Positions 37,879-51,398 of a stretch of 64,000 nucleotides of DNA are shown in pieces (the first letter of the stretch is position 1; every line of letters begins with the position of its first letter). The stretch comes from Gnetum montanum (lineage: Eukaryota > Plantae > Gnetophyta). The position numbers and the translations under genes were made by a program. The notes under the pieces are model-generated. The model did not search any database and had not been told where the DNA came from. It saw nothing but the letters and a program-made list of their open reading frames with translations. The stretch is from NCBI GenBank assembly GCA_015680685.1, contig MNCI01001077.1, positions 762,268 through 826,267 of the forward strand. The letters run 5' to 3'.

Positions 37879-39431
37879 ACCCCCCCNGCATGGAATTCAG
37901 ATCTGGAATTGGATGATTCGCTATGGAAGGTAAAATTTATAGATCTAGTGACAGGTGGGGCATTGACTAGTGTGAAAGAATAAAATTTTACAAGTGTATA
38001 GTGTGAACACTGTCCAGTTCACATGCTGGACGTGCAAATCCTCAACATGTGAACTTTCATGCCCATAAAAAATGAATGAATGGTAGTTGTACGATAGATT
38101 TCATGGTTCTAGCCTATAGATCTAAGCTTTTGCATCCTGTTTCTAGCTTTATCATGTCATTCTAAGCTTCAGGATGTCTTGGCATGTCCATAGAGCTTCC
38201 AGTGTGTGAGTTTGGGTGTCTGGCATTTTTCTGTACCCTCATACGCTGGGCATATATTCTCCATATGCTAGATAGAAGGTGGTCAAGAGGGAAATATTTT
38301 GACCAATATTTTGATGTCTAAATCTATTTTTGACCATGGATCTAAATTCTTGATGTCTTGAGGATGCTTCCTGTCGAATTTGAACTTATTTGGCCTTAAT
38401 TTGATAGGGTTTTGGGAGGCCTGAAGTTGAGCATGCTAGCCACACGTTGGGGGTATAGACCAGCATGTGAGCATGAAAACTAAACTTTAGGAAACATATT
38501 TGGTATGCTAGGATGTGTACATTTATCCTTGAGTCTTGGTGGTCCTCTAGGTCATCTGGGAGCTTATTTTGACTTCGTTTCGATGGAGTTTTGGGCTCAT
38601 CTCTGAGGTGCATGCTTATTGTATGCTGGGCGTATAGGCCAGCGTGTGAGGCCAAAAATGATACTTTTGATGTTCAAAATGGAAATTTTTGAATCCTATG
38701 ATGATGTATACTAGATACCCATGTCTTGAGGATCAACCCCATGCCAAAACATTTCCTAAAAGTGCCTATTTGACCTTGTCTTTGGTGCCACATGTTGGGC
38801 ATACACGCTAGGCGTGCAGGATGTACATGCTCAGCGTGTGAACTTTCAAGTGCATGATTTCAAGGTCAAAACTTGATTTTCTTAAGCCCATGATGATGCC
38901 TAATAATTTCCCTATCTCTGAGAGTTGATTCCTTGTAACAATCTTTTTCTAAAGTGCCTATTTTGGATCACCTCTGAAATCATACGTTGGGCGTACACGC
39001 TAGGCGTGTGAGCCAGCATGTAGGCAGGAAATGATCCATTTGGTGTCCAAAATTTGATTTTTAGGAGTCTGAGACCTGCCTGGGACCTTAGGGAAGGTCA
39101 TGGTGAGTCTAGACCTTCAATTCTGGCCTATTTTGATGACTTTTTGAAGCCCAAACATTTCTGCACGCTAGTCCATACGTTGGGCATGTATAGGCCAGTG
39201 TATAGGATGCATACTTAGTGAAAACCAAGTATTTTGAGCTCAAAATTTGCTAGGTTTGATGCCAGATGTCACTGTAGTCTTCTATGGGTCCCAAGGAACC
39301 ATTTCTTACTCATTTCAACCTTGTTTGAAGCTGTCTATGAGGTCCTCAAACTTCAGTCATGCTGGGGAGCATCATGACTTAACTCTATTCTTGTCAGAGA
39401 AGTGCTAAGCTCAAAATTTTATGGTGTTTCA
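37325..39431 (-). repeat. 5' LTR of element C
   Basis: Aligns to 18299-20431; poly-C run with N at 37887; followed by the TSD. Confidence 0.95.
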
Positions 39432-39436
39432 CCCTT

Positions 39437-42125
39437 GATGTCACACCTTGGCTATTCCCTCTTAGTCCATCTCTCTTCATTCTAGGCATAATGAGTACAA
39501 ATTTACTTTAAGTTTTAATGACAAGAATATCATTGTACCTAGAGTAGAACCTCTTATTAATGGAATGGGTGGATGGATGTTGTGGGCTCACTATCCAAAT
39601 AATTAGTCACCTATAACTTGGTAGCATAGAACAACACCTAAACCAACAAGTCACATGGGTATTTTATTCATAGATGAGATTACCTATAAAAAGATAAAAC
39701 AACAAATTGAAAAAAAAAATTATAAAATCAAAGAAAAGGAAAACATTTACTAATTCTACTTATTAGAATGGGGGATATCCCCCATGACTAAACCTTGAAT
39801 CATGGCAAGAATTAATAAATGGAAATTTTGGATCCACGCATGTTTGAAACATTGGAATCTAGTCATATTCAAACCACTGGGTGTCTTTTGGTGTGGTGGA
39901 AAGAATGTACCCAAATTGGGGTTCACACACTTGATTAAAGTAGGCATAGTGGGGTAGGTTATAAGATATTGTCATGTGATAATGAGCTAACCTACTATGG
40001 CACTTGTGACCATAAGATGGCATGCAAGGATTGATATGTCTCCCTATGTGGCTATATCCATTAGTTCGTATGGTTTTGGAGCATTAATTGATAGCTTGGA
40101 CAAGGTGATAGAAGGCATTGAATTTGAAGAGGAAGGTGCATCATAGTGTTGGCCTTGCGCTGTGTTGGAGGATGCAGTGCTTTCAAAACTATGTTATACC
40201 TTTCTACAGTCATGCCTAAAGAAAGGACACTTTCGATCTTATGGAGAACTTTTATTGCTATTGATAGTAGTAGCAAAAGTAATATTCATGGGTTACTGTT
40301 GTGGTGAAAAATCTTCTGGTACAATTGGAGGTAATGTAGAAAAAATAAAGAATGAGAATATTGAGGGTGAGGAGTGTAAGGAACATGAGGTGGTGATCCC
40401 ATGGGAGAGGGCATGGGATAATAGTACTCAAGAGAATGATAATGATGAGGTGTAGTAGTGGATGTTGATCCAGTTGAAGAAACAGGGTGTTGAACATAAT
40501 AAGCACTTGGTTTTGGATGGTATGAAGGGTGTGGCCAATTTGATGGTGGCCTCCCCCATGACTAGGGGTTTTACCACTATGGTTGAACATGGTACTTCTA
40601 TACAAAATATTGATGTAGCATTCCTCCCCAATGCTCATGTAAATCTGACAAGATTGGGCATTAGCCTTTGGAGTGATCATATAGGCAAACATCGCATTGA
40701 TACTTATGATTTATAGTTGAGCTCATATCCTTATTTTCTTCAACCCTTCTTTTCGCTTGTTGAATGGTGTTCTATCTTTTTTCTAAGTTTTGTATCTTCT
40801 ATTTTTTCTAGTTACCAAAGTGATATTGCATGGTTCTACCTCTAATAATATTTGCATATTCTCCACATTTTTCATATACCCATTCCATCATCTTATTGAT
40901 CTTTACCTCAATTTCATCTAGTGATTGTAGTATTGGAAAATATGGAGATGATTCCACCTCCTTGTGGTGAGTTGATTTCTCTTCTTCATGATTATGGACC
41001 TTTGCTATTTTGGGATTTTTTTCCTATTGTGATCTTTCAACATTCTCTCATTTGGTTATTTCTCCTTCTTCTTTTGCTACCTACTTAATAAGCTCTTGGA
41101 ATTGATGGGTCCTTAGTTCATATATTTGACCTAGGGCATACATCCCTAGGATCTCCCTTGTTTCATTACAGAACCCATCCATGATGTGATACATTAGCCT
41201 TTCCTCAGAGAACCCATAGCCTAGGCATTGTTAGTAATGAATAATATCTTTCTAAGGCCATTTCTAAGGGTTCATGTTACCCTTGTTTCCATTCTTGGAT
41301 TTGTCTCCTTAAGGTTGACACTCTTACATAGGTTTGATATTTTTCATTGAAGAGTTCTACCATAGTTTGCCAACAACAAATTATTTTCAACTTTAAATAC
41401 CTATACCAAACTTTGGCTTGGCCAACACGTGTCATCAAAAAGAGCTCAAGTCCTTATCACACATTATCAATGTTTTTCCATGCATAGGCGTTATATAAGG
41501 ATTTTATATGATGTTGTAAATCTAAAGCATAGCCTACTAAAAACTTGGGAAAGTTGTTTAAGCCAAGCTTGGGTAGACAACTTTCCTTATGATGCCTACG
41601 GGGTATTTGAACAACCTATGTTATATGCATCAGGATCTTAGTTGCTAGTATGGGTTCATCATCATTAAGTAGGTTGTGAATTTGTGGGTTGGAATGAGGT
41701 TGTCTCTGTTCATGTTGGCATTCTTGACTTTGCTCGTGAGTTCAATTTTTATTCCTACACTAACCCCTTGAGAAATAGTCATTCATGTCTTGACTTGACA
41801 TTGAAGGAGTAGAAGAAGAGAGAGAATTTGGGGACTCTTCATGACTTTTGTAGGTCTCCCAATCATCCCCTGATATACTCTTGCTAATCATTGAGAAGGT
41901 TTTAAGCCTTACGGACCCCTAGTTCTAGGGGCTATCCCATCCTCACTAAAGGTATCTGAGTTGGATGACAAGAGTCCTTGAGTATTGTTGGGGTATCCAT
42001 GAACATATGAAACTCTTACATAAGGTTGAGTACTCAAAAATTCTTCTTCATCATAAATTGTGTTGGTTCTCCATTAAATTACCTTGCTAATTGTTGCATT
42101 AACATTGTCTTGTGAGAGATACATT
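39437..42125 (-). pseudogene. Degenerate gag-like ORF of element G (different lineage, probably Athila-like)
   Basis: Coding-like minus-strand sequence with a Cys/His cluster (CDVCLYDH) near 40640-40700; lies upstream of the env-like ORF once C is removed; no RT/INT seen. Confidence 0.45.
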
Positions 42126-42190
42126 GTTGTGAATTATGTGTGACTTAATTGAAATTAATCTTTTTTTTAAAAGATATATCATTAATACTT

Positions 42191-43110
42191 TGTTACAATG
42201 ATCTTCTATGATATAACAAACCTAGATAATTAGCATCATCTCCTACAATGGTGCAAATAATGAGTAGCAAGATACCCCTACACTCAACCATACAAATACA
42301 AGCATGAACACACAATCTAGTCGAGCTCCACAGATGAACTAGCTATGGTACCTAGATAGTTACACGTTGATCTTCGTTCATTGTCTTCCCACCTAGACTA
42401 GTAATTGCCTTATTATGTATGGTTTAGTCCAGCGTGAGGTGTATGATGTTAATTTCTAATTACTATGCTACTCCTAAAGTCAATGGGAATTAACTTGAGT
42501 GAACTAATAGATGATGGAAAATAAAGTCTAAGCTAGCCTAAGTGCAATGAGCATCTGTCCTTAATCATCCGTACACATCTTAGACCTTATGTACTACTTC
42601 TAGGATTACCAAGCACAAACTACTTGAGCACTACTAGAAACGCTACTGGGTTACCAATTAGTTACACTTAAATGTTCATGATTAAGATGTACTCATTCCA
42701 CATTAATAATAGGAGTAGTAAATGGTGATAAAGAAATATAAATGAAGAAAATAATAATTAATAATTAATAATTAAATAATTAAAAAGCTAAGTGAATGTT
42801 GCAATGATGGAGAAATCTCAATCTTTATTGCTAATTATGTGCATGTCCAAGTATGTCACACTCTAACATAGGTTCTGTACAAGTACAAGCATCACACTAC
42901 AAGCATGCACATGGGACAAGAACTAAAAATTCACAAAATGACTCTACCCTAAAACTTACCAAGAGACTCCTTTCCTATGTGCCTAAGTGTTATATTTATA
43001 GGCCAACACAAGAATCATGATATCATGTATTCAATATCATTATCTAGGCTATGATAACACATACTCAATATTGAGTATCCAATATTGGGGCCTAGCAAAC
43101 TATAATTTAG
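42191..43110 (-). repeat. Probable partial 5' LTR of element G
   Basis: Minus strand ends ...TGTAACA; TATAAATA near 42993-43000 and AATAAA near 42824-42829; no second copy in the window. Confidence 0.35.
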
Positions 43111-43139
43111 CACAATGACAATGCAACTAGGTCATTGTA

Positions 43140-43400
43140 AGTTCCATGCTAGTTTAGGGCCATAGTGGGAGGGGCTATGCTAGTTTAAGGTCATTTTGTG
43201 CTGCAATGATATTTTTAGGCCATTTCAAATTACAAATTACCACTTTAAGGCCATGGAAGTCCCTATTGGTAGAATTATAGGTGGTAGTTTTAGGTCATTT
43301 GGGCCATGGAGTGTTAGTTTAAGGCCATGGTAGGTCATGTGTTGCTAGTTTAAGGCCATGGAAAGCTGTGCAGTGCTAGTTTAAGGACATGGTAATCCAT
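43140..43400 (-). repeat. AAACTAGCA array downstream of gag-PR (D)
   Basis: Repeated tgctagtttaaggccatgg. Confidence 0.8.
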
Positions 43401-43719
43401 ACGTGCTATTTCTCTTTTTGTGATTTTAGATTTCTCTGATTTTTATGCATTTTTATGTTTTTAATGTGTAAGCTAATAACTGCTAAAGGGTAAAACTAAA
43501 CAAGTAACTATGTAAGCTAAGAAAAATGCATAAACAAAGAAAATAAATCTGCAAATGAAGTAGGAAATGCATAATATAAGTAATAAGGCTAATTATAAAT
43601 GTCTAGACTAATGCAATACAAGAAAAAAAATGAAATGCAAATGTACAAGCAAAGGATAGATAGGCATCTAGCATTTATTAGACTAAGGAGATGCCTCAGT
43701 TGCATAGTTTTTTCCTAAC

Positions 43720-46700
43720 CTAGTGTGGATAAGGGGGGGCATAGGGCCTAGATGGAATGATATAATACTCCCCTTAACCTTCATCAACTATGTCAAAGAG
43801 CTATTCTACTCACAAAGCATCCTCCAAGAGATCATTGGCTTCTTTTGCTTGCTCAAGTGGACTACCCTCATGAATTTCACTATTGTCTTTCACTATGTCC
43901 ATGTCATCAAGGAACTCCACCTCTAACCCTTGCTCCATGTTAATGTTGTTAATGGCCAAAGGGGATGCATTTTCACCATGTATAATAACCTCACTACCTT
44001 CATATGGAAGGTGGATTTCTATATGAATTGGAGAGGAAACAACTCGGAATTGGGCTAGCTAGAGCATACCCAAGATTAGGTTGAAGCTTGGCATTTCCTT
44101 AATAACGATGAACTCAGCAGTAGTGGGTAATTCTTCCCCTACCATGAAATCCATGATAATGCATTTCCCTAATATAAGTCTTCCATAATATAAGTTCCCC
44201 TAATGATAATGCATGACTCATTGAAGGATTTTAAGCAAATTAGTTTTGTTGGCTTGATCTACTCAGAGAGGCCTAGTTTATCAACAACAATGTATGGGAT
44301 GACATTTGTCATTACCCTGTCATCAACATGCAACCTATAGATCTTACATTACCCAACATGTATCATGATGAACATGGAACCTGTAATGAACTAACCCTTC
44401 TCATAGTCAACCTTGATTGCCTCATCATGAAATCCTAGCATTTTTTAGCTTGATTACTGTGGTGCAAGTGGCAACATCATAGCATAGACGGAGTGTTTAT
44501 TTGTTGGGATGTCCTCTATAATAGGAATGGAGGTCAACATGCAAACTAACACTTCATGATGAGTATATAAGGTCATAATGAGATCATACAGGCTCAACAT
44601 AGTATTTTTTTACTTTAAGGCTTACTTCACCTAGGATAATGCATCTAAGAAGTGCTTTCCAGAGTCTACTATTTTGTTGGCCTTGACCTCCTCCATTAGT
44701 CCTAGGAGATGGATTCCTCATGGAGGAGATTTGGGCTTGGTTTTCGTATCCTACTTAGGAGCCTCAGTGCTTAGATGTTTCTTGTTAATGCTAGCCATTT
44801 TGGTTGATTTGGCCATGGGGATTGTAGACAAGGGGACTAGTTTTGGGGAACCTATCACCTTTTAGTCTTGATGGTACCTAAAAATCTTATTAGCTGGATG
44901 TTCATCATGCCTCCTGGGATGCCACTTGGATGGATTGTTGATGTTTCTTGTAGGATTCCGGGCAAGAAGGAACTAACACATTGCCCACCACTAGACTGCA
45001 AGTACGGGAAGAACTAGCATGATGTAGCATCCTAACAACAAAGGGTAACTAGGTTTTTGTTGCTGCAATGTGCTATGGGACCCTAACCATAAAAGGTGGC
45101 ACTCTAATGATAAAAGGGGACCTTGAACTCGTGGAGGTTGAGGGGGTCCCTATGTTACCAAAGGGCACATAGACCATAAATGGCTACTACACCTAGTGTT
45201 AATTATCATCAACACTAGTGGCATTGATGATGTACTCTACATCATTTTCATTTAGAGGATCTTTGTACACCCTCATGGATTGATTCTATGGTTGAACTAG
45301 GTTAGTAGCATCAAGCACAAACTCGCCCCTATCAATCATGCATTGTAAATCATCTTGCAAGGCCATGCAAAAGCCCATGTTATGACCTGATAACTAGTGA
45401 TAGTGGCAAAACCAGTCTAGCCTAAAGTGCTTAGGAACTGCATGCTCATTTAGGACTACAACCAAAGGATTCTTGACGAGCTCATAGTATCTATCATGTT
45501 TCTTGTGAGTATCCTTAGACATCTGCTTATATTGGATTCATCTAGCCTTAAGAAGCTAGTCTAGGAGCTCTGATGGTTTTAAGGGCAACTAGGTGTACTT
45601 TGAGTGGTCCTTACACTTAAATTTAAGCCTCAAAGCCACTTACATTATGGTTGCTGATGATGTAGGTTGGTTCATGGTTGTGATGCTAGGGTCAATAGTC
45701 TTGCTGTGGGTCAAGGCTTTGGGCAGCCTGGCCATTGGCTTTGGGTTAGTGGCTTTGGCCTCATTGGCCATAATTGCCACAATTGTGATCTATTTTCCAT
45801 TGTCCTTGTCTTTCTTTATGTTTAAGCTCTTGTAGGCCATGTAAGCTAGGTCCTTACCAACTTCCACCATGTCCTATATGTGTTTTGTCTAGGAAAATGC
45901 CTAACTCAAAGACTATGGGGCTAGATAGTATAGCTTTGACTAAATAAACTCAAAAGGTGTATTTCTGCTATGGGCTCATGGATTTCATTGAGTAATTCAC
46001 TCCATCATTGAATAAACTTTTACACAGGCTTTAGGTGGTCCTACTTAATCTACATCAACTGGTCAAGAGTAGTTTTAGGCTTCAAGTTATACTTAGAGCA
46101 TGTGACAAATTGGTTGAGTAGGTCCTCCAAAGGCGAGATTGAGATCCTAGGTAATGCCTAGTATGAATCTAGTGCCTTGCCAGTTAATGACATGGAAAAA
46201 ACATGTATGATGGTGTGTGGCCATTCCTACAGTAAAAGGAACTCAAACTAAAAGGTCACGAGGTGGGCATTAGGGTCTTCTTCACCATTGTACTTGGTGA
46301 AGTGGGGTAATGGAATCCTAGTTGGGAGAGTGATTGGTGAAATAGTAGGACTAATTGGATCATCCTAGTAAAATTCCACCATGTGGACTATTTCAAATGA
46401 GGTGGCATTGAGCTACTACCTCTTCAGTTAATGTTTGGATTAGCTAGAATGTCTAATCCAAGCTTGGAGATGTAGCAGTAGGCTATGTCGATTGCATCAT
46501 CCGCTATGCTACTTGAATGATCCATAACCTGGTTGTGGGTTGTGGAACCACATAGGATGCTTGCTATGTAGGTTGAGCTACGAGTAAAATGACCAAGGTA
46601 GACCACGAATGCATGGTTTGGGCCACTGTTGATGGTACAGATGAGACAAGAACGATGTAAGATGCATGAGTCATCTAAGGTTCAAGGATATGCACAATGT

Positions 46701-47376
46701 GCACATAGGCCTGTGTAGGCATGATGGTTGCTAGTATGGAAGATTGAACAAGCTACAACTATACAATAAAGTGTACATTAAAGGTAGGCACTACATCTTG
46801 ATGCATGTAGTACATTTAATGGGTTGCCACCACAAGTATTAACCTAGAGGTTAATGTCAAGCTTGTAACTATCTCTAGGAAGATAGATGGATGGGACTAT
46901 GAGGGAACAAAAGTAGGATTTTTCCACTAAAAATGGGTATGAAAAGAGTTTTCATGCTCAGATGAAGCTTCAAACTCATCTTGCTCTTCTTGTAGGGGCT
47001 CCTCCTAATCTGCCCATACATCATGCTCACTAGCTTGGATGAGCTAGATGATCATCCATCAATAAGGTTCCATGAACTAGATGATGTCAATAGGAGAAGG
47101 GATGTACTCTCGTTAGTTTCAATGTATGAGTTTGCAACTTCTCTTTTCCTTCATGTCCAGGTATTCTATGAATAGACCCACTTGGAGCTTTCCACAAATG
47201 AATTTATATTGCTCATCATTAAGCATTGTGTACTTAGGCTCTTAGCGACATAGCCTAAGGGACTACCCTTACTCTGCCAATGGAGGATTGGCAAAGTGGT
47301 TGATTTTATCCTCTTTTTGCATAGGTAAGACTACAAGCATGTTCAGAACTGATGCCAAAGGTTGCTTAGAGTTCAT
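43720..47376 (-). pseudogene. gag: gag-protease of element D (degenerate)
   Basis: FY*DDPI, KYNGEEDPNAHL, FCHYH*LSGHNMGFC, LHVDDRV, MPSFNLILG, SPIH. Confidence 0.85.
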
Positions 47377-47840
47377 GGTGATAGGAAAATTTTGTAGGAA
47401 AAATGGCTAACTCTAAAAATTACTAAAAATGGCTAAGTTTAGAAACTAAAAAAATGGCTAAGTATGAAAACTATAAACATTTGACTAACTCTAGAAGAAA
47501 TGACTAAGTTTGGAAATCATAAAAAAATGGCTAAGTCTTGAGACTATGCTCTCTACTCTAAGAGCCAACTATGCTCTCCACTAAGAGCACCTAGAATTAG
47601 CTTAAGTATTGGAATGTATGTTTTGGGATTTCTACATGGGGTTCTAGGGGAATCGATGACAAGGTCCAGTCTACACAGACTGATTTGTAGATAATGCTTG
47701 TGCTAGCCTAAGACTTAGCTACTTCATGAGGCAGGTCCATATGGGTGTTAGATCTACACTAGCCTAAAGCTAGAAATGATGATGTAGAGAGCACATCAAG
47801 CAACAACCAATAGATTTCTAGATAAGAAAATAGATCTAGT

Positions 47841-47856
47841 CCTCCTTCTAGAACTA
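47841..47856 (-). promoter_or_regulatory. Degenerate tRNA-Asn PBS of D
   Basis: Minus TAGTTCTAGAAGGAGG next to the LTR end. Confidence 0.65.
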
Positions 47857-47862
47857 GAAAAA

Positions 47863-49664
47863 TATAGAGATTGAAAACATCAACGGCTAGAGTGGAACAC
47901 TAAGAGGTTTACAAGTACACAACTTTGACCTCACATCCACATGAGGGCCTATTGGAGGTAGAGATAGGAAGCCAAAAATGGTCTTGTTAATTGAATGGGG
48001 ACTTATGGAATGCAATGCCAAAATAGTGCTAAGTGTTTGCATGGTGTTTCATGGTGTCAAATGTGGTGATCATAGTTATGGGTTTCCACCAAAAACAAAA
48101 CATGTAAATGTCTAGTTATGTGAAAAAATAGCAAATAGTACAAATAAAATGGTAGAATGTGAATAAAAATGCCAAAAAATGCATATGAGAAGAGTGAGAG
48201 AGAAAGCGGCACCACCCCAAATGGGGTTGAGCATAGATAACCTCAAATGTGGTAAGAAAGGTACATAGTGTACAATAAGCATAGTAGATAGCATAGTCAT
48301 AATCTCAAGGTATTTGGCCACAAAGATGGACATTCTGCCATGGTGTTTGTGCCTATCAGTTTGAATGCTATGGGGTGCAGTGGACTACGGTGGTCTATGG
48401 TGGACTACGGAAGTGAGTGAATGCCTTGCCTTGCTAAGATGCCAAATGTGCTTCAAGAATGCCAAATGCCAAAATTCCTAGAATGAAAATTTTTCCAACC
48501 TCTAAAACATCAAGGATTGGGGTATTTATAGGCCTAGGATTAGCACAAAATGTAGATTGGTTTCCACTTGGTATTATGATAGTTGGGACTATGCTGCACC
48601 CAAGTACACTCTCCATTGAAGCAAATGGTGTTATGCTCTAGTGTGCTTCAATGGACTCTACAAGACTACCAAACTATGGCTACACTACCAAACTACATGT
48701 TCATGTGCCAAAAATACCACAGTGTATCTGAAAACAATGTGAAAAATGCAAGTTTGAAGACTATGCTCCAAGACTACACTATCCATTATATGAAGTGGTG
48801 TCAAGCATAGTTATAATTTTTTGGAGAAAGGGAAATGCAAAAAAGATGTAAATGCTCGCTGAAGGTGTGTTGGAGCTGATGTGAATGCCAATTCTATGCT
48901 ATGGAGGCCTCTGGAGGTTATTCTAGATGACTACACTTGACTATGCTCTACACTAGGGAAGAGCATAGCCCCAGACTTAGAAATATTTTGGGCCATGTGC
49001 TAACTACGCTTCAAGGGAGGCTAACTACACTTCCAACTAGGGTCAAGCCTAGTCCTAGCACTTAGTAAAGTTTTGTAAAAATCTAGCTTCCAATTGACTA
49101 TGCTTGACTACATTCTATGGAATTAGAGAGTGTAGTTTTATTAATTAGAAAAAACTACAAAAAATTGAGCCTTCAATGCTGACTATGCTTGATTATGCTC
49201 ACAAGTAGTGGAGAGCATAGTCTCAGTACTTAAAAAATCTACCAAACTATTTCTTCCATCCCAACTATGCTTAACTACATTTCAATCTAGTGGAGAGTGT
49301 AGTCTCTACCAAACTGTTTCTTCCATGTCAACCTAGCTTTGCAGCTACTGGCTTGACACTTAGGAAAATTTGAAAAAATAACCTTTGGTGTTGACTATGC
49401 TCTTTACTAAGCTGACTACACTCTAGTGTAATGGAGAGTGTAGTCCCAACACTTAAAAAAATTCATAGCTTCTTGTTTCATGCTGACACTTAGTAAAAAC
49501 TTGCAGAAAACTAGTCTTTGGAGCTGACTACACTATTCACTGGGCTAACTACACTCTGGTGTAGTGGAGAGCATAGTCCTAGCACTTAGAAAAAAATTAC
49601 CTCATATTGACACTTAGACAAATTTATCGTTGAGATGAACTAGCCCAAAGTTGGTGGTGTTTCA
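47863..49664 (-). repeat. 5' LTR of element D
   Basis: Minus starts TGAAACACCACC as in C; TATAAATA at 48523-48530; GACTA(TG/CA/CG)CT arrays in U3. Confidence 0.8.
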
Positions 49665-50486
49665 CCCTCTATCCATCTCGTCTATATCCAATAAGCTTTT
49701 GTTGCTCAAGATTCCTTCCTTATGACTTTTGAATGCTAAAGTTTTGAATTTCAAGAATAATCTATGATCCAAAATCCTTTACAAAACCTTCATATTTTTT
49801 GAACATTCTAGTTCACTCAATTTTTCCATGAAAATTCATCAAGAATTCAAAAGTTTTCAAGGTGACATCATAACTATGATATCATATGCTCTATGACATC
49901 ATAGCTAGGATGTCGTATTTATGATGTCACATCCATAAAAATAGTATATATAGAGGTGAGAGTTAAAAAAATTTTATTTTCTCAATTTCACACAAGGGAA
50001 GTTTTTTCAATTTTTCTAAGCTCTAACAACCACACCTTTTTATGCTATAACTTCCTCACTGTAACTCTAATTTTCATGATTTTCAAATCTTGTTGATCAT
50101 GAGGTGTTCAACTTAGTCGTGGGACAATGCATTGTGTGAATAGTTGGAAAAGTAAGTTAAAATTTCCTAACACTTGAAAAATAATATAAGGGTAAGTATA
50201 AGATATTAATAAGAATATTCTAACTAACTAACAAAATTTAGGCCAAAGGACATAACTAATCCTTCTAACTAACCATATCATAAGGGCATAATAAAGAGAA
50301 AATCATAACTCTAGAAAGTCATAATAATTAGAAATACAACACTTAGGTTTTTCCTTTTGAAAATTTTGCTAGGTCTACAATCTTGATAAAATTAGAACTT
50401 TATCAAACTAATAGTATGAGAATGATCATGAACCATTAAGAAGTAATTTGAACACTTTGGTAATCCTAGCATCTTGATGATTTCAA

Positions 50487-51050
50487 ATGGCCCCAAAGAG
50501 ACTAGTAGTTGAAGGACCTTCATAGCCAGGTAGCCAAAGTTCAAGTGGCTATGGAATTGGCCAAGGTGGAGAACATTCCCTGCAAGCTAAACATACTAAG
50601 TAGGAGGCTCAATCATTTAGCATTCATCAAAAAACTCCCACCATTGAACAATTAATACAAGTAGAAGTAAAATCATTGCTAGCACTAGAACAAGGACAAG
50701 GTCTTATTGATTACCTATAGGCCATCCAAGAAAATATTATCATGTCCACAATTATTGTTGATTTAAACTTTAGTGCATTCATAGAGTTTGCTATAGAAGT
50801 TGTAAGAACATAACTCTAGGCATCTCTCCTATGTTCCATACTATCTAGCAATGCAGAATGGTACCTAGAAGAGGTATCTAAGTATTGATAGAACAAATAG
50901 GATGATGAAATAATGAAGAGAGAAGGAGTCTTCATTCCACACTCTATTGAGGCAATCGCTAATGCCTTGAATATTCCAAATGAAGAGGCTAGTGTTACAT
51001 AGATTTCCATAAGATAAGTATGACATCCCATCCCCAGATGTCATGGAAAA
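50487..51050 (+). pseudogene. Fragment H: second copy of the env-like ORF N-terminal half
   Basis: MAPKR...GPS...EAQSFSIHQKLP matches G (MAHKK...GPS...EAQSFSIHQKLP); EWYL and AI..L..P also shared. Confidence 0.7.
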
Positions 51051-51398
51051 TGTCAAATATATGATGTATTAGACATTATATGTAAGAAGAAAGTATACCA
51101 AATATGAAATATATATGATATTCAACATTATTTATAAAGGAAATAATAGGAAAAACATAGAAATAGAAATAAAAATATGCTTTATTAATATAGAATATCA
51201 TATTTGGACCATGCTCTAAGTGTGTTACTTATAGTTTTCTACCTTTGGAATCTATCCCTTAGGGGAAATCCAACACTACCACCATGGGTAGGACTATAAC
51301 GTTGCTAGAAGAGATGGCTAGTTGGTTTCCTATCCTACTTCACCTACCTTCCTATCACTTGCCATACCAAATTTACCACTTCATGCTAGTATGACCTT

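Larger units (their letters stand above)
18299..39431 (-). mobile_element. Element C: full-length 21.1 kb Tat-type Ty3/gypsy LTR retrotransposon with split gag-PR / pol and an internal antisense gene
   Basis: Two alignable ~2.1 kb LTRs with TG..CA ends, TSD CCCTT at 18294-18298 and 39432-39436, PBS, PPT and all domains present though degenerate. Confidence 0.95.
43140..49664 (-). mobile_element. Element D: 5' LTR, PBS, gag-PR and array of a Tat-type element, truncated before the antisense gene and pol
   Basis: Colinear with C 31970-39431. Confidence 0.8.

Noticed and set aside
37846-37887. Long poly-C tract and ~50 bp missing from the 5' LTR
   Set aside because: Coincides with an N; probably an assembly gap. 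The Ns at 35128 and 63836 also look like collapsed gaps
51050-51398. AT-rich segment between H and the F LTR
   Set aside because: No recognisable termini or coding signal; left unassigned
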